DNA from: a virus
Virus record (IMG/VR): IMGVR_UViG_3300029827_000121
Coordinates: 1 to 64,000 of that record
DNA length: 64,000 nucleotides
Reading direction: 5' to 3' (one strand)
The position numbers and the translations under genes were made by a program. This document shows, in pieces, positions 29,231 to 39,222 of the stretch (the first letter of the stretch is position 1; each line of letters opens with the position of its first letter). The notes below the pieces were generated by a model. The model saw only the letters and a program-made list of their open reading frames with translations, ran no database searches and was not told the DNA's origin.

Positions 29231-29443
29231 ATGCCTGAAGAAAAACATCCCCTTTTATATATTGGATTGAGTGAAGAAAATTTTAATCAATTAAGAAATG
29301 GCGAAACGATTCTTATTGCCGCCGATGAATTGAAATTGAATCGCGATCTGAAAATTTATTACATTAAAACAAAAACAGAGCGTGCCAAAAAACTCACCCC
29401 GATTGTAATTCTCTCCAATACTGTAATGACGGATAATACATGA
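29231..29443 (+). CDS. Paralog of 28481-28705
   Basis: IGLSEENFNQLRNGETILI. Confidence 0.5.
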   Translation: MPEEKHPLLYIGLSEENFNQLRNGETILIAADELKLNRDLKIYYIKTKTERAKKLTPIVILSNTVMTDNT

Positions 29444-29808
29444 TTTCCGATTGGAGATCACCCGATAAAATCTCCATTCTTCCTTCCACTTATGAAGATT
29501 GGGGAATACAGAATAGATTACAGAGAGTTTATCGCCGCCGTCGTGATGGTATGTCCGTTATCGTTACGGAAGAAAACCATGATGGAAAATGGTGGCAGCA
29601 TGTATCGTGTGCATTCAATAAAAAAGGTAAACTTCCTTCATGGAATGATCTAAAAGAGGTAAAAAATATTTTTATCGGGAGATTCAAAAAGGCGATACAG
29701 ATTTTACCCAATGAAAAAAATTATGTAAATATTCATCCTCAATGTTTGCATTTATTTCATTGTCCCGATGATGGACTGCCCGATTTTACTCATGAGGGTA
29801 TGTTGTGA
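29440..29808 (+). CDS. Conserved phage hypothetical protein
   Basis: WQHVS...LPSWNDLKEVKNIFIG...YVNIHPQCLHL. Confidence 0.7.
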   Translation: MISDWRSPDKISILPSTYEDWGIQNRLQRVYRRRRDGMSVIVTEENHDGKWWQHVSCAFNKKGKLPSWNDLKEVKNIFIGRFKKAIQILPNEKNYVNIHPQCLHLFHCPDDGLPDFTHEGML

Positions 29809-29939
29809 ATAGTTAATAGCAATTTAATTGATAATACAACAAAGGAATTTTATTAAGGGCGATAGATTTTTCACGACGGTGAAAAATTGACAAACAGCAG
29901 TTCCTTTCCGCTTGCTGCTTCGCCCCCTTTTTTGCAGAA

Positions 29940-30584
29940 ATGAACATTATGATAATTCTCCCTCCTAAAGACATTTCATACCTAGATGATATTTTATTGG
30001 AGAACAATTTATTAAAGATTCTTCCGGCGCATATTTACGCGGCATTGCCGCCGGAAGATTTAATGCTGTACGGACATTTTAACGGCATTTACTGTTTCCC
30101 GACCATTGAACTGGCGGAATGGTTATCGGAGAGAATAAATATCGCTTCCACTATTGAAATCGGGGCGGGACATGGAGCGCTGGCGCGTTATCTGAAAATT
30201 CCCGCGACGGATTCAAAATGTCAGGAACGTCCCGATGTCAAGGCATATTATATTAGTACCGGTCAACCCCTAACCAAATATCCTGAGGACATTATTGCTC
30301 TTGATGCGGTTGATGCGATAAAAAAATACCAACCCGAAACGGTAATTGGTTGCTGGGTCACTCACAAGTACAAAAAGACTGAACATGATCGCGGCGGCAA
30401 TATATATGGTATCGATGAAGAATTTATATTAAAAAACGTCAAACAATATATAGTTGTCGGGAATGAAAACGTTCATGGAAATAAGAAAATCTTGAAAATT
30501 AAACATAAAGAATATCAATTTTCTTGGCTATACAGTCGTGCGACGAATCCCCGGAAAAATATCATTTATGTCTGGAATTTATAG
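29940..30584 (+). CDS. Methyltransferase-fold protein
   Basis: TIEIGAGHGALA motif I. Confidence 0.5.
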   Translation: MNIMIILPPKDISYLDDILLENNLLKILPAHIYAALPPEDLMLYGHFNGIYCFPTIELAEWLSERINIASTIEIGAGHGALARYLKIPATDSKCQERPDVKAYYISTGQPLTKYPEDIIALDAVDAIKKYQPETVIGCWVTHKYKKTEHDRGGNIYGIDEEFILKNVKQYIVVGNENVHGNKKILKIKHKEYQFSWLYSRATNPRKNIIYVWNL

Positions 30585-30763
30585 ATCGGTTTTTTAATAT
30601 CCGTTATCATTCTGAATTCCCATTTTTTACGTTGACAATATTCATAGACTTGTTTATACGGCCATCCTTTCATATACTGAATAATCGGTGCGCTATCAAT
30701 AACATGATCATCTATTATTTCACCGCCAGCGCAAAAATAAGAAGCTTTAATTTGAAAAAGCAC
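30566..30763 (-). CDS. Small phage protein
   Basis: YFCAG...APIIQYMKGW. Confidence 0.5.
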   Translation of the reverse strand: MLFQIKASYFCAGGEIIDDHVIDSAPIIQYMKGWPYKQVYEYCQRKKWEFRMITDIKKPIYKFQT

Positions 30764-30782
30764 TATGGCGTTGCTTTTCTGT

Positions 30783-31223
30783 TTACGTTAATAGTTTTTG
30801 TGAAATATCCGATAGCAACTGGTATTGTTTCGATCCATATAAATTAACCGATATTGGCGAGACCAACAACTTCAAATTCCGCTGATCTTCCACCGTTCTC
30901 CATCTCTTGACAATATCCTTTTCCGCTGCTTTATAAGCCATATAATCGGATACATGGTGTCCGTAACACATTCGGAGAAAGTGTACATCGTCTTTTTGTT
31001 TCGCATGAGAAGACAGAATATATCCTCCGTATACCGACATTACACCGATGCCATTATATCGCATTAATTTAATAAGGCGTCTGATACGGGAAGGCTTGCA
31101 GTGCATTTTGTTCGCCAAAACTATTGCCGATCGATAAATGGTCGGATCGGCTTGTAAAATTTTTAATAATCTTTCCATGCCTTCTTCCGTTGCCTTTCGA
31201 ACTGCCATTCGAACTTGATTCAT
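30783..31223 (-). CDS. Winged-HTH protein
   Basis: SAIVLANKM..SRIRRLIKLMR..GIGV...GGYIL. Confidence 0.6.
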   Translation of the reverse strand: MNQVRMAVRKATEEGMERLLKILQADPTIYRSAIVLANKMHCKPSRIRRLIKLMRYNGIGVMSVYGGYILSSHAKQKDDVHFLRMCYGHHVSDYMAYKAAEKDIVKRWRTVEDQRNLKLLVSPISVNLYGSKQYQLLSDISQKLLT

Positions 31224-31254
31224 TAGTGCTCCTTAATGAGAAGTGAATTGAATA

Positions 31255-31995
31255 TTATAAAAACAGAGTTGAATTCAGGGCGCTTGCTTCTTTGGAAGCG
31301 GTAATGAGCGCGGCGGCGCACTCTTTGTAGAATTTCGCTTTCTTTAATAAATCAATCACCTCTTTGGCATCCTGAGGCGAAAGAGATTTCAGTTGTTCAA
31401 CTAACTTTTGTGGTAAAATAATATCACTATCACTATCGGTAGCAGGATCGGAAGGGATATCAGTTATATTAGGCGATTGAAAAGTTCCGGCTGACCTTCT
31501 TTTTTTAGAAACACATTTATATATATCATCTAATAAAATAATTTCATACTGATCTTTCAATTTCTGTCGAACCGCATATATTAAAGTATAAAGCATAGAA
31601 TTGTTTTTTAATTTTAAAGCTGACATAAGAATATTTTTATTTATTCCTTCATTCGACTCCAATAAAAGATCTTTTAATATGTTTGATTTATTTATTCCGT
31701 CTTTCAGGGATCGGGCGACTCTTCTTGTCAAGTCACCATTATTTTCCTTATTGCTTGTGAATAACTCCGGTTCCGGAGAAGAATCGGTATTGTTCCGTTG
31801 CATTATATATCTTCCGTTTTTATCGGCAATGAAATCAAATTGCGGAAATTTTACCCGTGCGCGTTTAATCGTTGAATACGTACTCTGTGTACTGCTATGG
31901 CCAAAACGCGTTTTTAACTCTTCAATAGAAAATCCCGCAGGATTTTCTTTTAACAATTCAAACAGTCTATCGGTACTGCTGACTAATTCCGCCAT
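31255..31995 (-). CDS. Tandem winged-HTH protein (candidate regulator)
   Basis: Two similar wHTH-like segments; divergent from the replication operon; RBS AGGAGG. Confidence 0.55.
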   Translation of the reverse strand: MAELVSSTDRLFELLKENPAGFSIEELKTRFGHSSTQSTYSTIKRARVKFPQFDFIADKNGRYIMQRNNTDSSPEPELFTSNKENNGDLTRRVARSLKDGINKSNILKDLLLESNEGINKNILMSALKLKNNSMLYTLIYAVRQKLKDQYEIILLDDIYKCVSKKRRSAGTFQSPNITDIPSDPATDSDSDIILPQKLVEQLKSLSPQDAKEVIDLLKKAKFYKECAAALITASKEASALNSTLFL

Positions 31996-32309
31996 AAACC
32001 CTCCTTTATTGATGATGTTTCCGTCCGACGGACAGGGAATAAAACAAGAAATTAAAAATGGATAATTTTTTACTTTTTTTGTTGACTTATTTATTGTTAA
32101 AATAATATAATCTAATTATTTGAGTGACGGTCTGGCAGGACCGTCACCCTTGGAGAAAAAGGGCGGAACCGCGAAATTCCTAATAAGCCATGAGGCTTTT
32201 ATACCCTTTTTGTATCCTAATATATTCTTTAATTGATAGGTCAGTCAACTTTATTTTCAATTTTTTTTTCAACTTTTTTTTCAATAAAAATGGAAAGTCG
32301 GATTTTCGA

Positions 32310-32570
32310 ATGGCGGAGATAAGAACCGGCATCCCGGTACAAATAAAGCGAAAAGGACGCAAGCCCCTGTTTGACGACAAAATTAATTGTGTCGCGGGAT
32401 GTCCGGACAAATATCTCCATGAACGAAAAAAAAGTAAAACGGAAGCCATCAGGCATCGTGCGATCATGCTTGGCTTTTCCGTGCAAACATTCGCCGCGCC
32501 TGAGGGCGGATGGAATATCAGAATTTTGCAAGTCGAAGAGAAAGCAAGCGATGAAAGCAAATCGGAATAA
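32310..32570 (+). CDS. Hypothetical small DNA-binding protein
   Basis: GIPV...KGRKP; first gene of the rightward operon. Confidence 0.45.
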   Translation: MAEIRTGIPVQIKRKGRKPLFDDKINCVAGCPDKYLHERKKSKTEAIRHRAIMLGFSVQTFAAPEGGWNIRILQVEEKASDESKSE

Positions 32571-33018
32571 ACTGGTTCGCGCATATAATCAACCGCCTCT
32601 CAGTGAGAAGACAAGTGCTTTCCGTCTTCGTGCTGATGCGCTTAACTGTTCAGGAAAACTCACCCTCATGAAACTCTTTCTTATGATTGTTCTTTGTTCA
32701 ATTGTTTATATAATAATCCTTTTTTTAATTCTATCATTATTCAACTTAAATATCAATAAAAATGTGAACCAAGAAAGGCGGCAGCGCGTGGAAGAGAAAG
32801 ACATTCTTAATCAGACTTGCAAACCGTGTGCTTATCTGCACAATGAAGGTCCGTTACCACTTTGTTTGTCTCTTGAGAGAAGTTACTATCATGCCTCAGG
32901 CCAAAGTCTCTTCCCGGAAGCGCATGAATGCGGTAAAGGCAGATGCATTCATTATAAAGAAAGTCAGCTATTATTGAGACATAACGGAAAAAGATATATG
33001 GAAAGTCTGATTGGATAA
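32551..33018 (+). CDS. Hypothetical protein with TM segment and Cys cluster
   Basis: ORF track; start uncertain. Confidence 0.35.
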   Translation: MKANRNKLVRAYNQPPLSEKTSAFRLRADALNCSGKLTLMKLFLMIVLCSIVYIIILFLILSLFNLNINKNVNQERRQRVEEKDILNQTCKPCAYLHNEGPLPLCLSLERSYYHASGQSLFPEAHECGKGRCIHYKESQLLLRHNGKRYMESLIG

Positions 33019-33030
33019 ACTGCATAGTGT

Positions 33031-33795
33031 ATGGCGCGTCCGAAAAAGGAAGGACTTGACGTTTTTCCGCTTGAAGTGACATTCAATGATACGGTTGAAT
33101 CAATGATTGCAATGCATAAAAATGGATTGACATGGTTAATACGATTCTGGCAAAGCGCGTATAAAACAATGACGGGAACGGTTGATCTGCGGGGACCATT
33201 TACCGAACTGTTCCGGAAAAAATGCAGTGTAACACCTGAGGAACACGAGGCGATTCTCGCGGATGCGATAAAAAACGGAATTTGTCGTGAAACGGAAAAA
33301 GGGGTATATATCTCCCCGAAGGCACAGGCAACGCTTGCCGACAAAGCGAAAAGACGTGCCGCCGCGACCAAACGGTTGAAAAAACCGACGAAACCGCTGG
33401 TCCCTATAAAGGAAAAAGAGGAAGAGAAACAGAAACCCGTACCGCGAAAAAAAAGAAAGGCCCGGATTACCGTTCAATATCTCGATACCGTCTATCTGAC
33501 CGATGAAGAGTATGAGCGATTAAAGAAAGAACTTGGCGAACGATTTCTTAAAGCATGCATAAAATATCTCGATGAATACTTGACCAATAACCCGAAGAAA
33601 CGCAAACAGTATCAGGATCACAACAAGGTTATCCGCAATTGGGTGATCGACAAAATACGGGAAAGAATGCAACCGGCACCGGAAAAGGAACCGGAGAAAC
33701 AAGTGAGCATGACCGATGATGAGAAACGAGAACAAATTGCCGCAACGGAAGACGTCGTTGCCGGAGTCCTCAGAAAAATCGGAAGAACCGTTTGA
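33031..33795 (+). CDS. Phage replication initiator (Lin1244/DUF4373-like)
   Basis: MARPKKEGLDVFPL N-terminus; C-terminal VYLTDEEYERL...YQDHNKVIRNW. Confidence 0.75.
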   Translation: MARPKKEGLDVFPLEVTFNDTVESMIAMHKNGLTWLIRFWQSAYKTMTGTVDLRGPFTELFRKKCSVTPEEHEAILADAIKNGICRETEKGVYISPKAQATLADKAKRRAAATKRLKKPTKPLVPIKEKEEEKQKPVPRKKRKARITVQYLDTVYLTDEEYERLKKELGERFLKACIKYLDEYLTNNPKKRKQYQDHNKVIRNWVIDKIRERMQPAPEKEPEKQVSMTDDEKREQIAATEDVVAGVLRKIGRTV

Positions 33796-34018
33796 TTATG
33801 ACGCGGCGATCGCACGGATAATGGAGCAATGGGGCGAACACCGCAGAAAACCGGTGGAAGAGCATTGGGCCAGTAGGATATGACGCCCGTTCCGTCGCGC
33901 GACCGCCGCCGACGCAACGGCAATGACATCGTGAAAGAAACATGTCCCGAATGCGGTGCGCCGTGGGACCGGGAGCACAACCGATGTACCGCTAATTGTC
34001 AATCAATGGAGGTTTTTG

Positions 34019-34918
34019 ATGAGCAAATTGAAAGCGAAAGATCCTGAAGAAGTCAAACAGGGTAAGGCGAAAGGACTTCTTTTCGGAGCGAGTGGAGTGG
34101 GAAAAACATGGTTTTCCCTCACATTCCCAAGGCCGTATTATATCGATACCGAAGGGGGAGCGGACGGAGTGGAATACCAGAAACGTCTCAAAGCGGCGGG
34201 AGGCGCGTACATGGGACCGGAGGAAGGAGCGCTTGACCTTTCGGCAATCGTTACCGAAATGCAATCGCTTGCCACCGAAAAACATAATTACGGTACGCTG
34301 GTGATCGATTCGATCACGAAAGTTTATCAGACTTGCATCGCCAACGAGGCGGAGCGTCTCGCCGAACGTGATGTCTTTGGCGCGTCGAAAAAACCGGCGA
34401 TCGCGCAGATGCGCCGACTTGTCAATTGGTGTATGAAACTTGACATGAACATCTGGTTCATCGCGCATGAGACGTCGGAATGGGGTACCAATCCCCGAAC
34501 CGGACAACGGGAAGAGACGGGAAAGTGTCCCGACGTATGGGAAAAACTCGTTTATGAGCTTGATCTGGGATTGCGGGTGATCAAACGCGGCACCGTCTAT
34601 CCGCCAACGGCGATCGTTTATAAAACGCGCCTCGCGGGTTTTCCCGATCAGGAAACCTTTTCCCTCGATTACGAGGAGTTTTCGAAACGGTACGGCAGGG
34701 AGAGTATTGAATCGAATGTAAATCCTATCACGATCGCGTCGGATGAGGATGTCGAGGAAATCGAACGGATGGTGGCGCTCCTTAAAATCACCCCTGAGGA
34801 AACGACGAAAGTATTGACCAAGGCGGGAGCGGACAATTGGAACGAACTTACCGCCGATCAGGCGGCGAAAACAATAGAATGGTTAAACGGCAAATTGAAA
34901 GGCGGAAAAAAGAAATGA
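34019..34918 (+). CDS. Sak4-like AAA_24 ATPase/recombinase
   Basis: GASGVGKT, IDTEGG, VIDSIT, FIAH; RBS GGAGG. Confidence 0.85.
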   Translation: MSKLKAKDPEEVKQGKAKGLLFGASGVGKTWFSLTFPRPYYIDTEGGADGVEYQKRLKAAGGAYMGPEEGALDLSAIVTEMQSLATEKHNYGTLVIDSITKVYQTCIANEAERLAERDVFGASKKPAIAQMRRLVNWCMKLDMNIWFIAHETSEWGTNPRTGQREETGKCPDVWEKLVYELDLGLRVIKRGTVYPPTAIVYKTRLAGFPDQETFSLDYEEFSKRYGRESIESNVNPITIASDEDVEEIERMVALLKITPEETTKVLTKAGADNWNELTADQAAKTIEWLNGKLKGGKKK

Positions 34919-35343
34919 GGTTCAAAACCTATTCGGAAAAAGATCTACCGAGAAAAATCATCGATAAAGGCGTTTACGACGTCGAAGTGATCGAAGCGAT
35001 CGATCAGGTAAGTAAAAACGACAAGGAGATGATCCGGCTTACTATTGCCGTCTGGTCGGGGGATCGCGTCGTCAACAGAATCTATGACTATCTGCTTGAT
35101 GAAATGCCCGCTAAACTCCGCCATGCGTGCGATGCTTTCGGGCTGCTGGCGAAATACGAGACGGGAAGCCTCAGAGCCTTCGATTTCGAAGGTCGTGTCG
35201 GTAAAGCGAAAATCGGCATCGAAGTGGATAAAAACGGCGTCTATCCCGACAAGAACAAGATCGATGATTACGTGTGCCGTGAAGCGAAACATCTGGCGGA
35301 CCAGAACAACGCTCCTCCAGCGGATTCCGATCTGCCATTTTAA
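34915..35343 (+). CDS. DUF669-type single-stranded DNA-binding protein
   Basis: GVYDVEV...SKNDKEMI...; acidic C-terminus DSDLPF; follows the Sak4-like gene. Confidence 0.8.
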   Translation: MRFKTYSEKDLPRKIIDKGVYDVEVIEAIDQVSKNDKEMIRLTIAVWSGDRVVNRIYDYLLDEMPAKLRHACDAFGLLAKYETGSLRAFDFEGRVGKAKIGIEVDKNGVYPDKNKIDDYVCREAKHLADQNNAPPADSDLPF

Positions 35344-35344
35344 C

Positions 35345-35790
35345 GGTGTTTGGTAAGGTAATGCAAAGGCACCGTGGGGTGATGTATTGTCAAGCACAGG
35401 TACAGCACGGTTTTGTTTAGCATAGGCAACGCATTGTTATGACATGTTTTGTTAAGCACAGGCATAGTGAAGCAATGTAAAGTTTTGCACAGGCATGGTG
35501 ATGTAAGGTTTGGTAAGGTGATGCACAGGCAATGCGCGGTGGAGTTTCGTTATGCACAGGCACGGTTTGGCAAAGCACGGCTTCGTTTTGCATAGGCGGT
35601 GTGGCGTTTAGTAAGGTGAAGCTTGGTCATGCACAGGCAGTGCGCGGTGAAGTTTCGTTATGCACAGGCAAGGCAGGGTAATGTTTGGCCCAGCACAGGC
35701 TAAGCTTGGTGTTGTTTGGTAAGGCACAGGAAGAGCAAAGTGAGGTTTAGTATAGCACAGGCGAAGTAAAGCATAGTCAAGCAAAGGCAA
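35345..35790 (+). repeat. Pentamer-periodic array 2 (13 complete units, 35368-35785)
   Basis: Unit lengths 31,26,36,31,36,31,36,41,31,31,31,31,26 (all 5n+1); boundary GCA(C/T/A)A|GG. Confidence 0.95.
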
Positions 35791-35799
35791 GGAGCGCGT

Positions 35800-36003
35800 A
35801 TGACGAAAGATTCGCTGATGACTCCCGATGAATTGAGTGAGCGATTAAACGTCAGTAAGAAGTTCATCGAAAAATACATGGCGTTACGGCGTCTGCCCGG
35901 TATGGTAAAAATCGGGGGAATTTATCGGTTCAGGCGTGCCGATATTGAAAAACGACTGACCGGCGGAGAGTTTTTATTGCCGGAGAGAGGAAGAAAAAAA
36001 TGA
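35800..36003 (+). CDS. xis: Excisionase (HTH_17/MerR-like)
   Basis: LMTPDELSERLNVS...LPGMVKIGGIYRFRRADIE. Confidence 0.8.
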   Translation: MTKDSLMTPDELSERLNVSKKFIEKYMALRRLPGMVKIGGIYRFRRADIEKRLTGGEFLLPERGRKK

Positions 36004-36275
36004 GCTTCTACATTTGCGGCAAAGCCGTAAAAGAGTGTGAAGGGTGTCCCTCCGCCGTCCCGCACAAATGGAGTCCTCGATGTATGCTCGGCGGCTGCCG
36101 GGAATACGCCGACCGGTGGAAAAAAGACATTCCGACCTGTGAAGAGTGTCCTTTCAAAAACACCTGCGTGAAATACGAACAGGGCAATCGATACGATATG
36201 TCGAAAACGCCTGAATTCTGTCCGATATACGCCAGCAAAATCATCTATAATGCGGTATGCGTAAAAACATTATAG
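36000..36275 (+). CDS. Cys-rich hypothetical protein
   Basis: Multiple CxxC motifs. Confidence 0.55.
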   Translation: MSFYICGKAVKECEGCPSAVPHKWSPRCMLGGCREYADRWKKDIPTCEECPFKNTCVKYEQGNRYDMSKTPEFCPIYASKIIYNAVCVKTL

Positions 36276-36366
36276 CAGTATGCGTAAAAGCGTAGAAAAT
36301 ATACCCTCTCCTCCCCTACCTGATACTATATTATACTCAGATACCCTCCCTGAAAAGGGAGGAGAT

Positions 36367-37419
36367 ATGCGAGTCTGGTATAAGGATGATGCAAACGGGG
36401 TCCGGTGGTATTACGTTGACCGGGCATACCGAAACGGCGCGGGAAAGGCGCGTCACTTCCGCCGCAAGACGGATAATTTCGATCAGCATTTAAAAAATCA
36501 GATCGAAGCCCGTTCATTGACGGGAGATTGTTCTTTGACATCGTTGCGATTTTCCAAATGCGTGGAACTTTATTTGAACGAGCGCGGACGCGGGGGATTT
36601 AATCAGGCGTGTTACGACCGGTCGATTAAGGAGCTGGGTCGCCTGTTTCCCGACAAACAGATTTTCGCCGCCGGTTACAGCCGGTATGTCGGGAATCTTG
36701 AAGGGAGCGACCTTGCGGTCAATACGGTCAATAATTATAAAATTATTGTCCGGTCGATCTGCAATTTCGCTTATGAGACCGGTCGGTGCGGTCGGGCCAC
36801 GGTCAGAGATTGGAGGATCAGGAAAGGCAACGAGCGCAATCGGATTCTCTCCGACGGCGAAAAAAACGCCCTGATCAATTATTTGACCTTACATAAATCC
36901 CATATACTCGAAGCGGTAAAATTCTCCCTTATTAATCCCATCCGCAAGGGGGATCTTTTCAGTTTGCAACGAAAAGATCTTCAGATGGATGTCTCGCGAT
37001 GGGTCGTTCGTTTTCAGGCGAAGAAAACGAGAAATAAAATTCGGGTGACGATCCTGCCGAATATCGACATGGATTTTGTCCGGTACGCCCATTCGTTGCC
37101 GGGGGATTGTCCGTGGCTTTTTCCCATGTTGGAACGGAAAAACGGAAAGGTTGTCTGGAAAAAAATCAGCGATCCCCGATGGCATTTCGATACGGTTTTA
37201 AAACAGGTGGGGATTTATGATTTCAACTGGCACGATTTGAAGCATTGCGCGGAGACGTATTTATTGCGGCAGGGATTCACCTATGAGATGTTGCAGAAAA
37301 TGGGTATTCAAACGAGTCCGAAGACGCAGCATATTTACGATAACCGTCGTCAGATTGATATCATAAATGACGTATTATGTAGCCCTCAGGTAGCCTTTCC
37401 GGTACGGAAGACGGCATAG
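36367..37419 (+). CDS. int: Tyrosine recombinase/integrase
   Basis: TVNNY, RNRILS, PIRKGDL, KKT, WHDLKH, terminal IYD; RBS GGAGG; adjacent attP. Confidence 0.88.
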   Translation: MRVWYKDDANGVRWYYVDRAYRNGAGKARHFRRKTDNFDQHLKNQIEARSLTGDCSLTSLRFSKCVELYLNERGRGGFNQACYDRSIKELGRLFPDKQIFAAGYSRYVGNLEGSDLAVNTVNNYKIIVRSICNFAYETGRCGRATVRDWRIRKGNERNRILSDGEKNALINYLTLHKSHILEAVKFSLINPIRKGDLFSLQRKDLQMDVSRWVVRFQAKKTRNKIRVTILPNIDMDFVRYAHSLPGDCPWLFPMLERKNGKVVWKKISDPRWHFDTVLKQVGIYDFNWHDLKHCAETYLLRQGFTYEMLQKMGIQTSPKTQHIYDNRRQIDIINDVLCSPQVAFPVRKTA

Positions 37420-37460
37420 AACCATTGGTTTTATTGGGTGAAACCTACTCCGTCGTAGAG

Positions 37461-37515
37461 TTGCTAAACCTGCGTAGGGGCAACTCTACCGGAGGTTCAA
37501 ATCCTCTCCCCTCCG
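37461..37515 (+). other. attP core: 3' half of tRNA-Ser(GCT)
   Basis: Anticodon loop TTGCTAA, long variable arm GTAGGG-GCAA-CTCTAC, T arm GGAGG-TTCAAAT-CCTCT, acceptor strand CCCCTCC plus discriminator G; no 5' half. Paired TGTAGYC-like arm-type repeats at 37378-37396 and 37605-37623. Confidence 0.88.
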
Positions 37516-37678
37516 TTTTTTTAACGAATTTGGGCACTTTTTTTAAAAACCTGCTTTCCATCATGAGTATTTTTATCCTCAAATATACTATCATCAGGGC
37601 CAATTGTAGTCTTTTTGTAGCCTCTGAGAACCAAAAAATTAATTCGGGAGGGTATCAAAAATAGAGAATCGATACAGA

Positions 37679-39222
37679 GGCGATGCATGGTATGGTTCAG
37701 TATTGTTATGCACAGGCAGAGCATGGTTAAGCCAAGCACAGGCAAAGCGAGGTAGAGCGAAGTCAGGTGATGCACAGGCACAGCAGAGTAAAGTTAGGTC
37801 ATGCACAGGCAGAGTGATGTCTAGTAAAGCATAGGCGTAGCGATGTGCTGTTATGTACAGGCACAACAGAGTAGAGTTTGGTATTGTTTAGCACAGGCAT
37901 GGTCTAGTTTTGTTTGGCACGGTAAAGCAAAGGCAAAGTGCTGTAAGGTGAAGCACAGGCATGGTCTGGTTTAGCTTGATATTGCGCGGCACAGGCAATG
38001 TAAAGTGAAGTAAGGTGATGCACAGGCGATGCATGGTATAGCAATGTATGGCACCGGCATGGTGCAGTGATGTTCAGTAAAGCATGGGCACGGTGCTGTG
38101 AAGTGTTGTATAGCAATGGCAAGGTGAAGTAGTGCATTGTGTGGCAAAGCCATTGCTTGGTGAAGTGCTGTAATGTCGAGCATAGGCAATGCATAGTGAA
38201 GCATTGCTCTGCAAAGGCAAAGCGTGGTTTAGTGATGCAAAGGCATAGTTTTGTGACGTGCTGTTTCGTAAAGCATAGACTATGCGTTGTGACGCTGTGT
38301 ATTGCAAATGAAAGGCGAAGTGGTGCATGTCGCTGTATGGCAAAGGCGAAGTAAGGTGAAGCACTGTGATGCATTGTGGAGCACAGGCATAGTGAAGCAT
38401 TGTGCAGCATAGGTAAGGCAAAGCGGTGTGTTGTTTCGTCATGCACAGGCATGGTATCGCGGCGTTTAGTGCGGCAAAGGAACGGCAAAGCTTGGCATGG
38501 CGATGGTAAAGCGTTGAGTAGTTTGGCACAGCACCGGCAAAGTAAGGCGAAGTAGTGTTTAGCATAGCATAGGCAAAGCATAGTGAAGATAAGGAACGCG
38601 TCGTGAAGTCAAGCACCGGCAATACATGGTAAAGCACCGTTTGGCCTTGTTAAGGCGAAGTATTGTGTGGTATGGTGTTGTGGAGCATTGCACAGGTATA
38701 GCATGGTGCTGTTATACTTTGTGTAGCGCGGGAAAGGCATGGTAAAGTAAGGTTGTGCCTCGTGTACCACAGGAATGGCAAAGTGAAGTTATGTAATGTG
38801 GGACAAAGGCTGAGTAACGTTAAGTAAAGTGATGCATAGGCATGGCAACTCGCGGTAACGTATTGCCCGACGAAGCAAAGGTAAAGCATAGCAATGTGAC
38901 GCGCAGCGGGGCGAGGGTAATGCATAGTAATGTAATGTGCAGCGGGGCAGGGGTAATGTGAAGTATAGTTTAGTCGCGCAAAAGCTTTGTATGGATTTGC
39001 GTAGTTAAGTGTTGCAAAAGCAGGTCGATGTAACGTATCGTATGGAACAGCACTGTTTTTTTTAACCATTTTGGAAAAAACCAATTGGATCAAATAGAAA
39101 GGAGATGTTCGCGATTGTAAAGTGCTGTATTGCAATGTGGGGTTTTGCAACGGCTGAGTTGAGCAAGGAATAGTTTGGCGATGCAAAGGTATAGTGTAGT
39201 ATTGCTAATCAATGCAAAGGTA
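37679..39222 (+). repeat. Pentamer-periodic array 3 (upstream of the Cas7-like gene)
   Basis: ggcga tgcat ggtat ggttc agtat tgtta tgcac a | ggcag agcat ggtta agcca agcac a | ...; AT-rich interruption at about 39053-39105. Confidence 0.93.

Noticed and set aside
32082-32250. TTGACT-based promoters between the wHTH genes and the replication operon
   Set aside because: Plausible, but spacers are non-optimal in very AT-rich DNA; not confident enough to annotate.
37425-37520. Intact tRNA-Ser gene, and ORF 37425-37664
   Set aside because: The 5' acceptor strand and D arm are absent, so this is best read as the attP core; the ORF overlaps attP and has no support.
37521-39186. Many overlapping minus-strand ORFs rich in L/C/H/Y/T (also at 25159-26491, 35608-35790 and 40035-40978)
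   Set aside because: By-products of the pentamer periodicity: open in several frames at once, with low-complexity translations and antisense to neighbouring genes.
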